Below, piece after piece: positions 16,731 to 26,363 of a stretch of DNA of 32,000 nt. Origin of the DNA: Candidatus Heimdallarchaeota archaeon (GTDB taxonomy: Archaea; Asgardarchaeota; Heimdallarchaeia; JABLTI01); contig JAUWKS010000023.1 of NCBI GenBank assembly GCA_030614005.1, positions 1-32,000 on the forward strand. Direction: 5' to 3'. The notes under the pieces are model-generated. The model was not told the DNA's origin, ran no database searches, and saw nothing but the letters and a program-made list of their open reading frames with translations. The stretch's first letter is position 1; every line of letters begins with the position of its first letter. The position numbers were made by a program, and so were the translations under genes.

Positions 16731-19679
16731 ATGAAGAAAGGAACTATTCTAGGTTTAAGTCTTCTATCATTATTCATTTTATCCGCTGCTGGACCATCAT
16801 TAATAGCTAATATTGATGTATCTGCTTTTAGTACTATAGAGCCATCTTTGTATACTAAAGAAGTAATTGATAATAATGGAGATAAAATAGATGACAAATT
16901 GTTGAGTTCTACGGTTTTTACCAATGGATACTCAGATGAGATTGCTATCAAATTTAATCATAACATTGATTCTCTTGATTTGCAAAAACTGAATAATCTT
17001 GGTGCAATTTGCTCCAACGAGATTTGGGATGCAGGGACAAGAATAAGAATCACTGCAACAGAAGACTCACTTACTCAAATTGCAGAATTGGATGATGTTA
17101 CATTTATCACAACAGCAGAAATAAGACTTATTATGGTTGCTATTGTGGGAACTGATTTCTCAGACTTGACAGCATTATTAACTTATGAAAACAGTGAGAT
17201 ATTCTGGGAAACAGGTTGTGCCTTAGTGCCTTATTATTCTGGTGTTGAAAATGATATCAAAAGTCTTGGTGCCTATACAGCAATAGCTGATACAACAGAC
17301 ATTTACTATACATTAGATACTATTGAAAATGATGCTGACTATTCTTTTTCTCCTGATACTTTAACAAATGCAAACACAATCAATGCAACTCAATTAGTTT
17401 CAGCTGGGTTTGATGGAGGCGGAGTAAAGGTTGGAATTCTTGATACCGGTATCCGATCAAGTCATGTTGATTTAATTGGTAGAGTTGGTAAAAAACAAAG
17501 TTTCGTTTTAACAACTTATGGATATGATTATTCTGATACATCCAATGATGATTTTGTAGGACATGGAACCCATGTTGCTGGTATAGTTGGTGGAGATGGA
17601 ACAGGTAATTCTCAAAGAATAGGTATTGCTCCTTCAGTAACATTTTATGCAGCAAAAATTGGTGATCATCAAGAAGATGGTGCACCCGCAACACTCGCTT
17701 CAATGGTTGCTGGTGCAAACTGGCTTGCTGCACAAGGTGCTGATGTTATCAATATGAGTTTTGGAGCAGGTGGAGAACCAAACGTCAATATTCTAGAAGC
17801 TGCTATTGCAAATGTCGTTAATAATAAAGGTATCAAATTTGTTCATTCAAATGGCAACGAAGGAGAAAATGGTGTTTATTCCACAGATTCCCCAACTGCA
17901 GCTATTTCTGTAGGTGCAGCAGATGACTCTTCGTTCCCCTTAGATATGGCTTATTTCTCATCTCAAGGTCCAAATGCTGACAATACAATGAAACCAGATT
18001 TAATTGCCCCTGGTTATGATATTTTATCTTGCAGTCATCTTTCAGATAGTAGTTATGTTTTAAAAAGTGGAACTTCTATGTCCGCGCCACAAATTGCTGG
18101 TGCAGCTGCTTTATTGGTTGATGTCTGTAAAACAGAAGGTATCTCATACAATCCTGGAGCAATTAAAAGTGCTTTGATGAGTACATCCGATCCATTACCA
18201 TCATCTACATTTGATTACCTAATTCAGGGTAGAGGTATGGCTAATGTTGGTGCTGCAGCAACTTTGTTAATAAATGCTGACCAAGAAGGCACTCTCCCAA
18301 TCATTGGTGCTTTAAATCCACTTATGAATCCAGTTTCAATTTATGCTGAATTGCTTCAAGGTCAAGTGATTGAACAATTTGTAACTTGTGTATCTCCTTT
18401 TAGAGATGACAATTTAACATTGGAAGTCACAGGTGATGCCGCAGATTTATTAGTATTAGACGAAGTTACTAATTTCTATTCAGCAACTGCAAGAGTAACC
18501 TATACGATTCCGGTAGAAACTGCACCTGGTACATACGAAGGAGAATTTACTTTCAAATACAAAGGTACCGTATTGGATATTGTTGATATTGAAATTACTG
18601 TTGTTCCAAGTCATGGTGAACATAGAATGCTTCTAAATTATCGAACTACCGACTGGATGATCGATCACATGTATGGTCAATATAAACACTTTACCGCTGA
18701 TTTAATAGCAAGAGGATGGGTTATCAGTGAACAAAGTGTTGTCCTTACTGCTGATATACTAAGTGATTATGAAGCAGTCTGGTTCCCAGATCCATTCAGC
18801 ATTCGTTTTAATGATGCAATGGTAAGTTCTACCTATAATCCTCTATCTACAGCTGAATTAACAGTATTAGATAATTTTGTAACTGCTGGTGGAAGTGTTT
18901 TCATTGATTTCAATGGAAATGCCTATGATGAAGAAAACTCAGTAATTTATGGAACAAATGTAACTCACGTCAATGAATTTACAGAAAATTATGGTATACA
19001 TGTTAGAGATGATATTTGGGGTTCACCTTCAACAATCATTGTAAACCCAGTAGGCAGTCATGCTCTCACTGCTGGAGTTACAGGGGTAGATCATTATGGA
19101 TGTACTTTAGAAACATCTGGTGATGCTGTTCAAGTCACTGAAATTTCTGCTGGATCACAGTATTCCACTCTTGCATATTACCAAGCTTCTTCTGGTGGTA
19201 GAGTAATTGTTATGTCAACAAACTTCGCACTAGATACAGATGGTTATAAAAACAAATACAGTGGAAGTGGTACACAGAACGATATTTTCGGTCGAAATCT
19301 TGTCCGATGGGCAACAGCAGAACATCGAATTAAACAATACAATTACACTTTCACTGCTGGAACAATGAACATGACTTACGAATACATAGGCGGTCCTGGT
19401 GCAGACTTTGGTGGATATGTTATCACACCTGATGAAACCCGTCACAACCTTACTTGGGTAGAATTATCCAGTGGTATGTGGTCATTCACTTATAATTGTG
19501 AAACCCTTGGTACCTATCATTTCTATCCTGAATGTGGAGAAACTGGTGTTGACGAATTTGATTACCTACTCTTTGAGTGCATTGAAACGTTTAAGAGTGG
19601 ATTTACACCAATAATTCTAATTTCAATTAGTATTTTAGGATTAGCCGGTAGTTATCTCATTTCAAGACGAAAGAAGTAA
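16731..19679 (+). CDS. Secreted, C-terminally membrane-anchored S8 subtilase with Ig-like and GATase-like C-terminal domains
   Basis: Signal peptide; catalytic D238 (ILDTG, 17442), H278 (HGTHVAG, 17562) and S449 (GTSMSAP, 18075); oxyanion NGNEG; C-terminal TM followed by RRKK. Confidence 0.95.
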   Translation: MKKGTILGLSLLSLFILSAAGPSLIANIDVSAFSTIEPSLYTKEVIDNNGDKIDDKLLSSTVFTNGYSDEIAIKFNHNIDSLDLQKLNNLGAICSNEIWDAGTRIRITATEDSLTQIAELDDVTFITTAEIRLIMVAIVGTDFSDLTALLTYENSEIFWETGCALVPYYSGVENDIKSLGAYTAIADTTDIYYTLDTIENDADYSFSPDTLTNANTINATQLVSAGFDGGGVKVGILDTGIRSSHVDLIGRVGKKQSFVLTTYGYDYSDTSNDDFVGHGTHVAGIVGGDGTGNSQRIGIAPSVTFYAAKIGDHQEDGAPATLASMVAGANWLAAQGADVINMSFGAGGEPNVNILEAAIANVVNNKGIKFVHSNGNEGENGVYSTDSPTAAISVGAADDSSFPLDMAYFSSQGPNADNTMKPDLIAPGYDILSCSHLSDSSYVLKSGTSMSAPQIAGAAALLVDVCKTEGISYNPGAIKSALMSTSDPLPSSTFDYLIQGRGMANVGAAATLLINADQEGTLPIIGALNPLMNPVSIYAELLQGQVIEQFVTCVSPFRDDNLTLEVTGDAADLLVLDEVTNFYSATARVTYTIPVETAPGTYEGEFTFKYKGTVLDIVDIEITVVPSHGEHRMLLNYRTTDWMIDHMYGQYKHFTADLIARGWVISEQSVVLTADILSDYEAVWFPDPFSIRFNDAMVSSTYNPLSTAELTVLDNFVTAGGSVFIDFNGNAYDEENSVIYGTNVTHVNEFTENYGIHVRDDIWGSPSTIIVNPVGSHALTAGVTGVDHYGCTLETSGDAVQVTEISAGSQYSTLAYYQASSGGRVIVMSTNFALDTDGYKNKYSGSGTQNDIFGRNLVRWATAEHRIKQYNYTFTAGTMNMTYEYIGGPGADFGGYVITPDETRHNLTWVELSSGMWSFTYNCETLGTYHFYPECGETGVDEFDYLLFECIETFKSGFTPIILISISILGLAGSYLISRRKK

Positions 19680-19687
19680 ACTTTGAT

Positions 19688-19713
19688 GCGAAACGAGTAA
19701 GCTCGTATTTCGC
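19688..19713 (+). terminator. Stem-loop plus T-tract terminator after the S8 gene
   Basis: GCGAAACGAG-taag-CTCG(ta)TTTCGC followed by a long T-rich run. Confidence 0.65.
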
Positions 19714-19870
19714 TTTTCTTTCCTTTTTTTTCTATTTTTTTATTCTTTTAATTAGAGAGGAGACCATTTGCCGCAATTGAAAGTTTTTTACATCAACCAT
19801 AGGACTTAATAAATAAGTTGTTAAAATAAATTTGACAAACATTTAACGTCATAATAACATTTGTAGAAAA

Positions 19871-20254
19871 ATGAATGATGGAGATACCAAGTTGACATTT
19901 GAATCAGAAGCTGCAAGATTACAGAATGATGGTGTAGTAGGAGCGCTCGCTTTAGTAGGGGCTGATGGTGCTGTCCATTGGCAAACACAGAATTGGCAAG
20001 TAGATGGACCATCCATGATTGATTCATGGACAAAAAAAGCGCCTTGGATTGTAATACAAGGAATAAAATATTCAACAATAGACATTACAAATAGTCGAAT
20101 GATTTGTACTAACACCCAACAGCAAGGACATATAGTTATTGCAAAAACTCCATTCTGGCAAGGTTTCGTGATGGCGTGGTGTTCACCTGCTCATCAAGTT
20201 AGATCTGCCTACGTTGATATTGCTCGTTTAGCATCTGAAGTGAAACCTGGTTAA
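19871..20254 (+). CDS. Asgard-type profilin
   Basis: 127 aa. ALVGADGAVHWQTQNWQVDG...WIVIQGIKYS...RMICTNTQQQGHIV...AYVDIARLA matches the Asgard profilin pattern. Confidence 0.88.
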   Translation: MNDGDTKLTFESEAARLQNDGVVGALALVGADGAVHWQTQNWQVDGPSMIDSWTKKAPWIVIQGIKYSTIDITNSRMICTNTQQQGHIVIAKTPFWQGFVMAWCSPAHQVRSAYVDIARLASEVKPG

Positions 20255-20320
20255 TCATAAAACCAACATTCACTTTTTACTTATTTTAAATAATATTAAA
20301 AACCTTTTTTTTCTTCTTTC

Positions 20321-23300
20321 TTAATTATCTTGTCCAAAAATATTTGGATTTGAGAATATTTCTGTGGCGGTAATATATACAGTTCCTTTCTCTACTACTT
20401 GGATTCTCGAAAGATCAATACCTGTAACAATCATTTTTGAAAGATAATGCCCGTATTCTGCTAATGTTTGTATTTTTCTTCCTACAACGAGTGTTTTCAA
20501 AATATTATGTGGACATAATGAATCTCGTAACTCTACTCCAATGCTTCCGATTACTGAGTCTGAAATATCTGTCATAATTTGTTTTTCCACAGTTGCATTT
20601 GTGAAAAGTCCAACCATTTCTCGAGATAATTTTTCAGAGATGAGAAGAACAGGTTTATCTGATAATGAAATTCCCAAACAGGTTCCCAAATGTCGACCAT
20701 TTGTTGTTCGTACACGTAAGCATTCAATTGGAATTACTTCAGAAGGATGGAAAACTCGTGCTGAATTTTTCAAAGTAACTTTGTTTCTCTTGATACTATT
20801 GATGGATCCACCTGAAATAAATACTCTATAAGAGTTGAGAATTTCATGGGGAAGTATCGGAAAACCTCTTTGTAATGAATAGTTAATCAATGTCTTTGGT
20901 TTGAGAGCTTCGCCTTCTGGAAGGCGCAACTGCTTAGCAATGAGATATTTCAATAACCAAAGTCGTTCTGTTGGATCATCTTCAGAGATATTTAATCTCT
21001 GAACTAAATAATTGACAATTGATTTATCTGGTTGCTTTGTATCTACTAGAAAAATTTTCCCCATAAGTGGATGTTTCACTGAAGCAATGATTGTACCAAA
21101 TGAAATTCCATGATGAAATAGACAATTTTTACCTATCGGATTATTATCTTCATCATCGAAATCTTTAGCTAACCATGGAGCAGTTCTGTATGGTTTTTGT
21201 GGTAAAATCTCGTCTAAATTACAAATAATTGATCCTCTTTTTATTCTTATCTTATTGATTGGTACTAAGCCGAGAATTTCTGGCTTTCCAATTTTATCAG
21301 AGCTAGGGTAACTGATATTTCTAAAATTAGCGAATTCTTGTAACTTTGAAATGTGTAAAGCTACATCTCTTTCTATCTGTAATGAATCAACTACTTCCTG
21401 AATAACAAAGATTTTTCGTTTTGTCGCTGATTCCAATAGCTCTTCCGTAACCCAAAGTGGTTTGATTTGATCAAATATTTTATCAATAATTACTTGATCT
21501 CCAATAGGCTCTGTTACCAATGTATACCCGAGTTTATTTTTATCATAAACAACTGCTTCTTGTAAGTAACCATAAAATTCGCGTGAACCATCATCTTTTA
21601 GATTAAATAGAGCTTTCCCTGTTAATTTCCATGCTTCAGTAGCTGCTTCCAATAATTTTTCTGAAATCATAGACGTTTTTTGTGGTTTTACCAGATTTTC
21701 TTCGATAATTTGGCGAGAAGGACTTTTTACTTCTCCAGTTTCTTGTGGAGTTTGTATTGGTGGTGAAGCTTCCTCTACTGAAGAAGCAGTTAAGGGCGTG
21801 GAACTTACATCTACATCCGGAATTGATGGTATCTCTGCAATAGCATCTATAGGTTTACTTGCTGGAATTTCTGTCTCAGTGGTTTCTATTGCATCTAATT
21901 CATCTGGTTGCAAAGCATTGATTTCTTTTACTTCAGTTATTTCACCAAATGTTTCACCTATTTCTTGAGCTTCAATAATGCGTTCAGAATCAATTTTTGC
22001 AGGTTTTGTAATATCAGAAGTTTTTCGTTTTTCTACTTCCTCTGCTAAACTTGAGAAGGTTACTTTTGTTATTACTTGTTTGCTTTGTGTTTTTTGCACT
22101 TCTTTTGGTTTTGGTAGTTCTTCAACTTCCTTAACTTCCTTTGAATCCAAAAGTTTAGTTAGAAATTCTTCAAAAGAGTTGAGAATAACTTTTTCGGTTA
22201 ACTCGTTCATCCTTTTTGGTGAACCTTTAATATTATATTGTAAATTAAAATCTTCCATACCAACAATTTCTAAATCAATATCAGGAGTAATTGTTAATTG
22301 AGGTGTTTGAGGTATGCGTAATTTTGCATCTATTTCTTCCGATTCAAAAGGTATTTCATCTTCTTCACTAGTATCTTCAATATCTAATGTATCAATTAAA
22401 AAGAAAGTATTTTCAAACTTTTCTTCCTCAATTGACAAAGTTTCAATGAGTGGATCAGTTGCTATTTCAGAAGCTGCAATTTTGCTTTCATCTGCCGAAT
22501 GAGATGAATGGGCACTTGCACTAGAATCAACTTCAATCCCAAATTGATCTTCAACAAATAATTCGTGTGATTCATCCATTTTTAAATGGTCTTTATCTAA
22601 ACGACATAAACAATTATTGTAATTTTTAATATCCTTAGTTAATAATTTAATATAATCAAGAAGCTCATTTATTGTTTGTTGAAATTCGCGTAACTTTTTG
22701 AAATCAGGAAGAGAACCGATTTTTGATGAGGAACGAATTTCTAATTGAGTTGCTTTAAGTGTTGCAAGTAACTCTGCTAAGGCATCACGATATTTATTTC
22801 TTAAATTAATTTCTTTCTTTAAATCTGTAGAGATAGTTGATAATTCAGCATCGTTTGCAACACCATGACCATAAGAGAACTGCAAGAAGTTTTGCAAAGT
22901 AAATTTAAGTAGATAACCTTTTGATGGATTTCGTTTCAGATATTTCTCTCGAGCACCAAACCGATTTCTGGCTAATCTGAGATCATATTCTAATGTTTCT
23001 AGTTTTCTGGCAGCCGAATCTTGATTTACTTTTTTCTCAGCTAATAAAATTTTTATTTTGTGCATATCATGCTCTAATTTCTTAACATTCCTCTCTAATT
23101 CACTAATTTCTCTACGAATTTTAAGATGTCTAAAGAATGTTCGAGGAACTTTATAGTTGGGTATTAAGTCTTCAATTGATATTTTGCCAATTAAACTATT
23201 AGCACTCAGAGGGATTTCCTTTGTATCTATTGCTTCTCGTAATTCTTCGTCTGTTAGTGCAGTTGCTTGTTGAAATTGTTGTTCTAATACTTGTATTTTA

Positions 23301-23398
23301 GTTTCGAAAACTTCAGAATCAATTTTCTCAAGAGCGTATTGCTTTTCGATTTCCATTATATCTTTAAGAATTTTAATCCTGGAGTTCATATGTTTCAT
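20321..23398 (-). CDS. Large protein: N-terminal coiled coil, acidic low-complexity linker, three tandem PRC-barrel-like repeats; start uncertain (ATG 23398/23389; track TTG 23509)
   Basis: Long ORF with heptad-rich N-terminus. Repeats begin LTGKALF...YGYLQE, PIGKNCLF..GISFGTI and ECLRVRTTNGRHLGTC, and end VPINKIRIK, ISGGSINSIK and IDLSRIQVVE. Confidence 0.85.
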   Translation of the reverse strand: MKHMNSRIKILKDIMEIEKQYALEKIDSEVFETKIQVLEQQFQQATALTDEELREAIDTKEIPLSANSLIGKISIEDLIPNYKVPRTFFRHLKIRREISELERNVKKLEHDMHKIKILLAEKKVNQDSAARKLETLEYDLRLARNRFGAREKYLKRNPSKGYLLKFTLQNFLQFSYGHGVANDAELSTISTDLKKEINLRNKYRDALAELLATLKATQLEIRSSSKIGSLPDFKKLREFQQTINELLDYIKLLTKDIKNYNNCLCRLDKDHLKMDESHELFVEDQFGIEVDSSASAHSSHSADESKIAASEIATDPLIETLSIEEEKFENTFFLIDTLDIEDTSEEDEIPFESEEIDAKLRIPQTPQLTITPDIDLEIVGMEDFNLQYNIKGSPKRMNELTEKVILNSFEEFLTKLLDSKEVKEVEELPKPKEVQKTQSKQVITKVTFSSLAEEVEKRKTSDITKPAKIDSERIIEAQEIGETFGEITEVKEINALQPDELDAIETTETEIPASKPIDAIAEIPSIPDVDVSSTPLTASSVEEASPPIQTPQETGEVKSPSRQIIEENLVKPQKTSMISEKLLEAATEAWKLTGKALFNLKDDGSREFYGYLQEAVVYDKNKLGYTLVTEPIGDQVIIDKIFDQIKPLWVTEELLESATKRKIFVIQEVVDSLQIERDVALHISKLQEFANFRNISYPSSDKIGKPEILGLVPINKIRIKRGSIICNLDEILPQKPYRTAPWLAKDFDDEDNNPIGKNCLFHHGISFGTIIASVKHPLMGKIFLVDTKQPDKSIVNYLVQRLNISEDDPTERLWLLKYLIAKQLRLPEGEALKPKTLINYSLQRGFPILPHEILNSYRVFISGGSINSIKRNKVTLKNSARVFHPSEVIPIECLRVRTTNGRHLGTCLGISLSDKPVLLISEKLSREMVGLFTNATVEKQIMTDISDSVIGSIGVELRDSLCPHNILKTLVVGRKIQTLAEYGHYLSKMIVTGIDLSRIQVVEKGTVYITATEIFSNPNIFGQDN

Positions 23399-23586
23399 TT
23401 CCCAGTGTCTTTTATTATTATTATTATCTTGTTCTTTATGCTTTAATAAATCTAACATATTGAATTTAATGTTCACAGCATATTTACTATTATATGAGTC
23501 TTTCAGCAAGCTCAGAAAATAATTAAATAAGATAAAGGTTTTTTAATATCCCATATTAATTTAGTAACTCTTTTGGTTTGAAAAAT

Positions 23587-24351
23587 ATGAGCTTCATTGA
23601 ATGGTACAATAATTATCAAGATTGGATAATGCTTGTGTGCATGATTGTTGTTTTAGTAGTTATCCTTGCTGTGTTCTATTTGTTAAGCAAAAAGGGAATG
23701 GATGTTTTTTTTACACGAAAAGGAGTTCACATTTCTGGAGGATGTTATTCCTTCTTTTGGCTTATGGCTTCTGATAATAGTTGGGCAAGATGGGTTGGTG
23801 CAATCTTACCATTTGTTACAGCAATCATTTTCTTGTTTATTGGGTTGAAAGTTATACCTGGTCGTTTTATGGTAGATAGCATGTCCCGAACAGGCGAGCC
23901 ATTTGATTTAATTAAAGGAACTCTATTTTATGCATTAGTAATGACTTTGCTTTGTATCTTTATTTGGAAAGATCAACCATGGGGTTTGATCATTATTATG
24001 ACCATTGCTTGGGGAGATGGTATAGCTCCAATAGCAGGTAGATATTTTGGAAAACATAAGTATCGCACTATTGGTGGAGTAGAAAAATCTCTAGAAGGGA
24101 GCATTGCTATGTTCATTTTTTCTGTAGCTTTCAGTTATCTCATTGTCTTTTTATTCGGTTTTGTTCATGGAGAGAATTGGTTATTTGGAGCAATTTATCC
24201 CTGGCTCTGGGGGAAAATACTCATACTAGCATTTGCTGCTACAATAGCAGAAGGTTTAAGCCCGACAGATTTTGATAATCTGACTGTTCCAATAGTTATG
24301 GTTTTAATTTCTTGGGCAATGGGACTTCAATGGTTAAATCCCTTATTATAA
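23587..24351 (+). CDS. CTP-dependent prenol kinase family (phytol/farnesol/dolichol kinase-like) membrane protein
   Basis: RKGVHISGG, AWGDGIAPIAGRYFGKHKY, KSLEGS and DFDNL. Confidence 0.9.
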   Translation: MSFIEWYNNYQDWIMLVCMIVVLVVILAVFYLLSKKGMDVFFTRKGVHISGGCYSFFWLMASDNSWARWVGAILPFVTAIIFLFIGLKVIPGRFMVDSMSRTGEPFDLIKGTLFYALVMTLLCIFIWKDQPWGLIIIMTIAWGDGIAPIAGRYFGKHKYRTIGGVEKSLEGSIAMFIFSVAFSYLIVFLFGFVHGENWLFGAIYPWLWGKILILAFAATIAEGLSPTDFDNLTVPIVMVLISWAMGLQWLNPLL

Positions 24352-24362
24352 AAAAAGGAGAA

Positions 24363-24848
24363 TCATTGAAGATTCTCTATAATATAAAGTAACTCTTCTT
24401 CGAGTGTTTCTTTGTGTTCTGGATTTTCAATCATTTCTCCTACTTGAACGCCCTCTGAATTAAGTATATAGAAGGTTGGAATTTTGCGAAGATCAAAATC
24501 ATCTACTTCGGGAGGTGATGGTGGAACTCTCCATCTGATATCAGGATCTAAAGGTGCAGTCTTTATACCTCCGAAAAAGATTACATCAATATCAGGTTGC
24601 TTTTCCAAAATTTTTGCTAATGCTGCAACATTCGTTTTGCAATCTTTACACCAAACAGCAGAAAAAACAACAAAAGTGTATCCCTTAGCTTTTTCAGCAA
24701 GAGCTGCAATTACATCCTCTTTTGGTTCATATGATTCACAGTTGGTTTTTATTTCTTCACCACTCTTTCCTTCTAAACAACTCATATAATCATCGACTGA
24801 TTTACCATTTTTCTTAAGTTGAGCTAAATCGTGTTTTTGTTTTACCAT
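24363..24848 (-). CDS. Thioredoxin-family protein
   Basis: FSAVWCKDC active site and IPTFYI...GEMIENP. Confidence 0.9.
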   Translation of the reverse strand: MVKQKHDLAQLKKNGKSVDDYMSCLEGKSGEEIKTNCESYEPKEDVIAALAEKAKGYTFVVFSAVWCKDCKTNVAALAKILEKQPDIDVIFFGGIKTAPLDPDIRWRVPPSPPEVDDFDLRKIPTFYILNSEGVQVGEMIENPEHKETLEEELLYIIENLQ

Positions 24849-24929
24849 TTCAAATTCTCCTAATATTTACAAAACTAATTTTGTTATAACTTTACTATTA
24901 ATAATAGTTCTTTCTTTGATATTGAGATA

Positions 24930-26363
24930 TTATCTTCTTTTTTGTTTAGATATTAATCTAAAAGTAGTTAAAAACAGCGTTATAACAATAAATATTGAAG
25001 TCGAAAAAACAATACCAATACTTGCAACAGTGTTTGTAATATGAGTGCTGTTTGTTGTTGGAGTTGGGGAAGGTATTTCCGGCAATGTTATTGGTGGCGA
25101 AATTTCAACATCAGGGAAATCAGATGCATTAAGAGGATCTGTATTGAAGTAAATTTCAAAACCATCGTAATATTGATCTCCATCTGTATCGTTTTCTGTT
25201 TTATTAGTACCATGAACTTCTTCTTGAATATCTGCAAGTAAATCATTGTCAGAGTCTACACCAAGTATCTCGAGACCATCTGAACCATCTGCAACAAATA
25301 TCAGATTATTACTTCCATAAAGTCCAATATCTGTATTATATGAAGTACCTCCATCTGAATAATAACCTCTTAATTCAATAGTAAACAAATCGTAAACACA
25401 ATATTCAATGCCATCCCAGGAATCTGAAACAATCACACCATCGATATAAGGAGTGAAATCATTTGCATAGCCACTATCACTGAAAAATGCAAGTGTTTGA
25501 GGATCAAACCACCCTCCAGACCAATAAGCATAACTAATGCCATTCTCACCATTAGCAATCCAAGAAATATGCGTTCCAGAATTATTTGTACTGTAAACAC
25601 CATTTGTATTGTACGAATATGAAATATAGTTTTCATAAGCAGGTAAGGAAGGGTTTGATATATCGAAATAAATTATTCCGAGAGAACCATATGCCAAAGC
25701 AAGAATATCTAATTCCTCGCTAACAGAAAGATCATGGGCAAATGCTCCTACAATATCAAAAGATATTGCATGCAATTTTTGAATCGAATAAAGATTTTCT
25801 ATAACATAAATTTCTAACCCATCGGAACCATCTGCTAAGTAAAGAATATCACCAATAATTTCAAGTTCTTGAGCGTTTCCTCCATCAAAATAGGAATTCA
25901 CTTGCTCAATATTCATTGGATTAGAAATATTTAGGATAACTATGCCTGCAAGTCCATTAGCAACAAAAAGTAAGTCATTATGTTTTATTATAGAATTTGG
26001 GTTGCTAGTAAGTGCAATTGAATTTATTTCAACCGGATTGAAGATGTCTGTAGAATTTATTACTCTGATTTTGTTGGAATAACAAGAAATATAGCTAATA
26101 TTTCCATCTACTAAAACATCTATTGCTTCATCGTCGTTAAAAACCAACTCACTCAACTTCCAAAAACCAGAACTTTTTACATTTGGAATAATATTGAATT
26201 CATTAGAGAAAATACTTACTTCCTCATTGGTTCTTCCAGAAATTATTGTAGTAGTATTCGAATAATTTGGTGCAAAACTAAATACTGAACAGAAAAGAGA
26301 AATAATTACTACTCTTTTGTATAGAAATTGAATAGTATGCATTTGGATATTCTTTGCACTCAT
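24930..26363 (-). CDS. LVIVD-repeat beta-propeller surface protein with TSP3-like Ca-binding repeats, Pro/Thr linker and C-terminal TM anchor
   Basis: Repeated LFVANGLAGIVILNISNP / LYLADGSDGLEIY / FVADGSDGLEIL; DSDNDLLAD and DTDGDQYYDGFE...TDPLNASD; hydrophobic C-terminus. Confidence 0.9.
   Translation of the reverse strand: MSAKNIQMHTIQFLYKRVVIISLFCSVFSFAPNYSNTTTIISGRTNEEVSIFSNEFNIIPNVKSSGFWKLSELVFNDDEAIDVLVDGNISYISCYSNKIRVINSTDIFNPVEINSIALTSNPNSIIKHNDLLFVANGLAGIVILNISNPMNIEQVNSYFDGGNAQELEIIGDILYLADGSDGLEIYVIENLYSIQKLHAISFDIVGAFAHDLSVSEELDILALAYGSLGIIYFDISNPSLPAYENYISYSYNTNGVYSTNNSGTHISWIANGENGISYAYWSGGWFDPQTLAFFSDSGYANDFTPYIDGVIVSDSWDGIEYCVYDLFTIELRGYYSDGGTSYNTDIGLYGSNNLIFVADGSDGLEILGVDSDNDLLADIQEEVHGTNKTENDTDGDQYYDGFEIYFNTDPLNASDFPDVEISPPITLPEIPSPTPTTNSTHITNTVASIGIVFSTSIFIVITLFLTTFRLISKQKRR

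Noticed and set aside
19833-19851. TGAC-N11-GTCA upstream of profilin as a match to the TM2 operator
   Set aside because: The spacing differs and the arms are only 4 bp, which is expected by chance.
23399-23509. N-terminal 37 codons from TTG 23509 of the 1062-aa ORF
   Set aside because: They are low-complexity (NNNN) and read like AT-rich promoter DNA; ATG 23398 or 23389 is a more plausible start.
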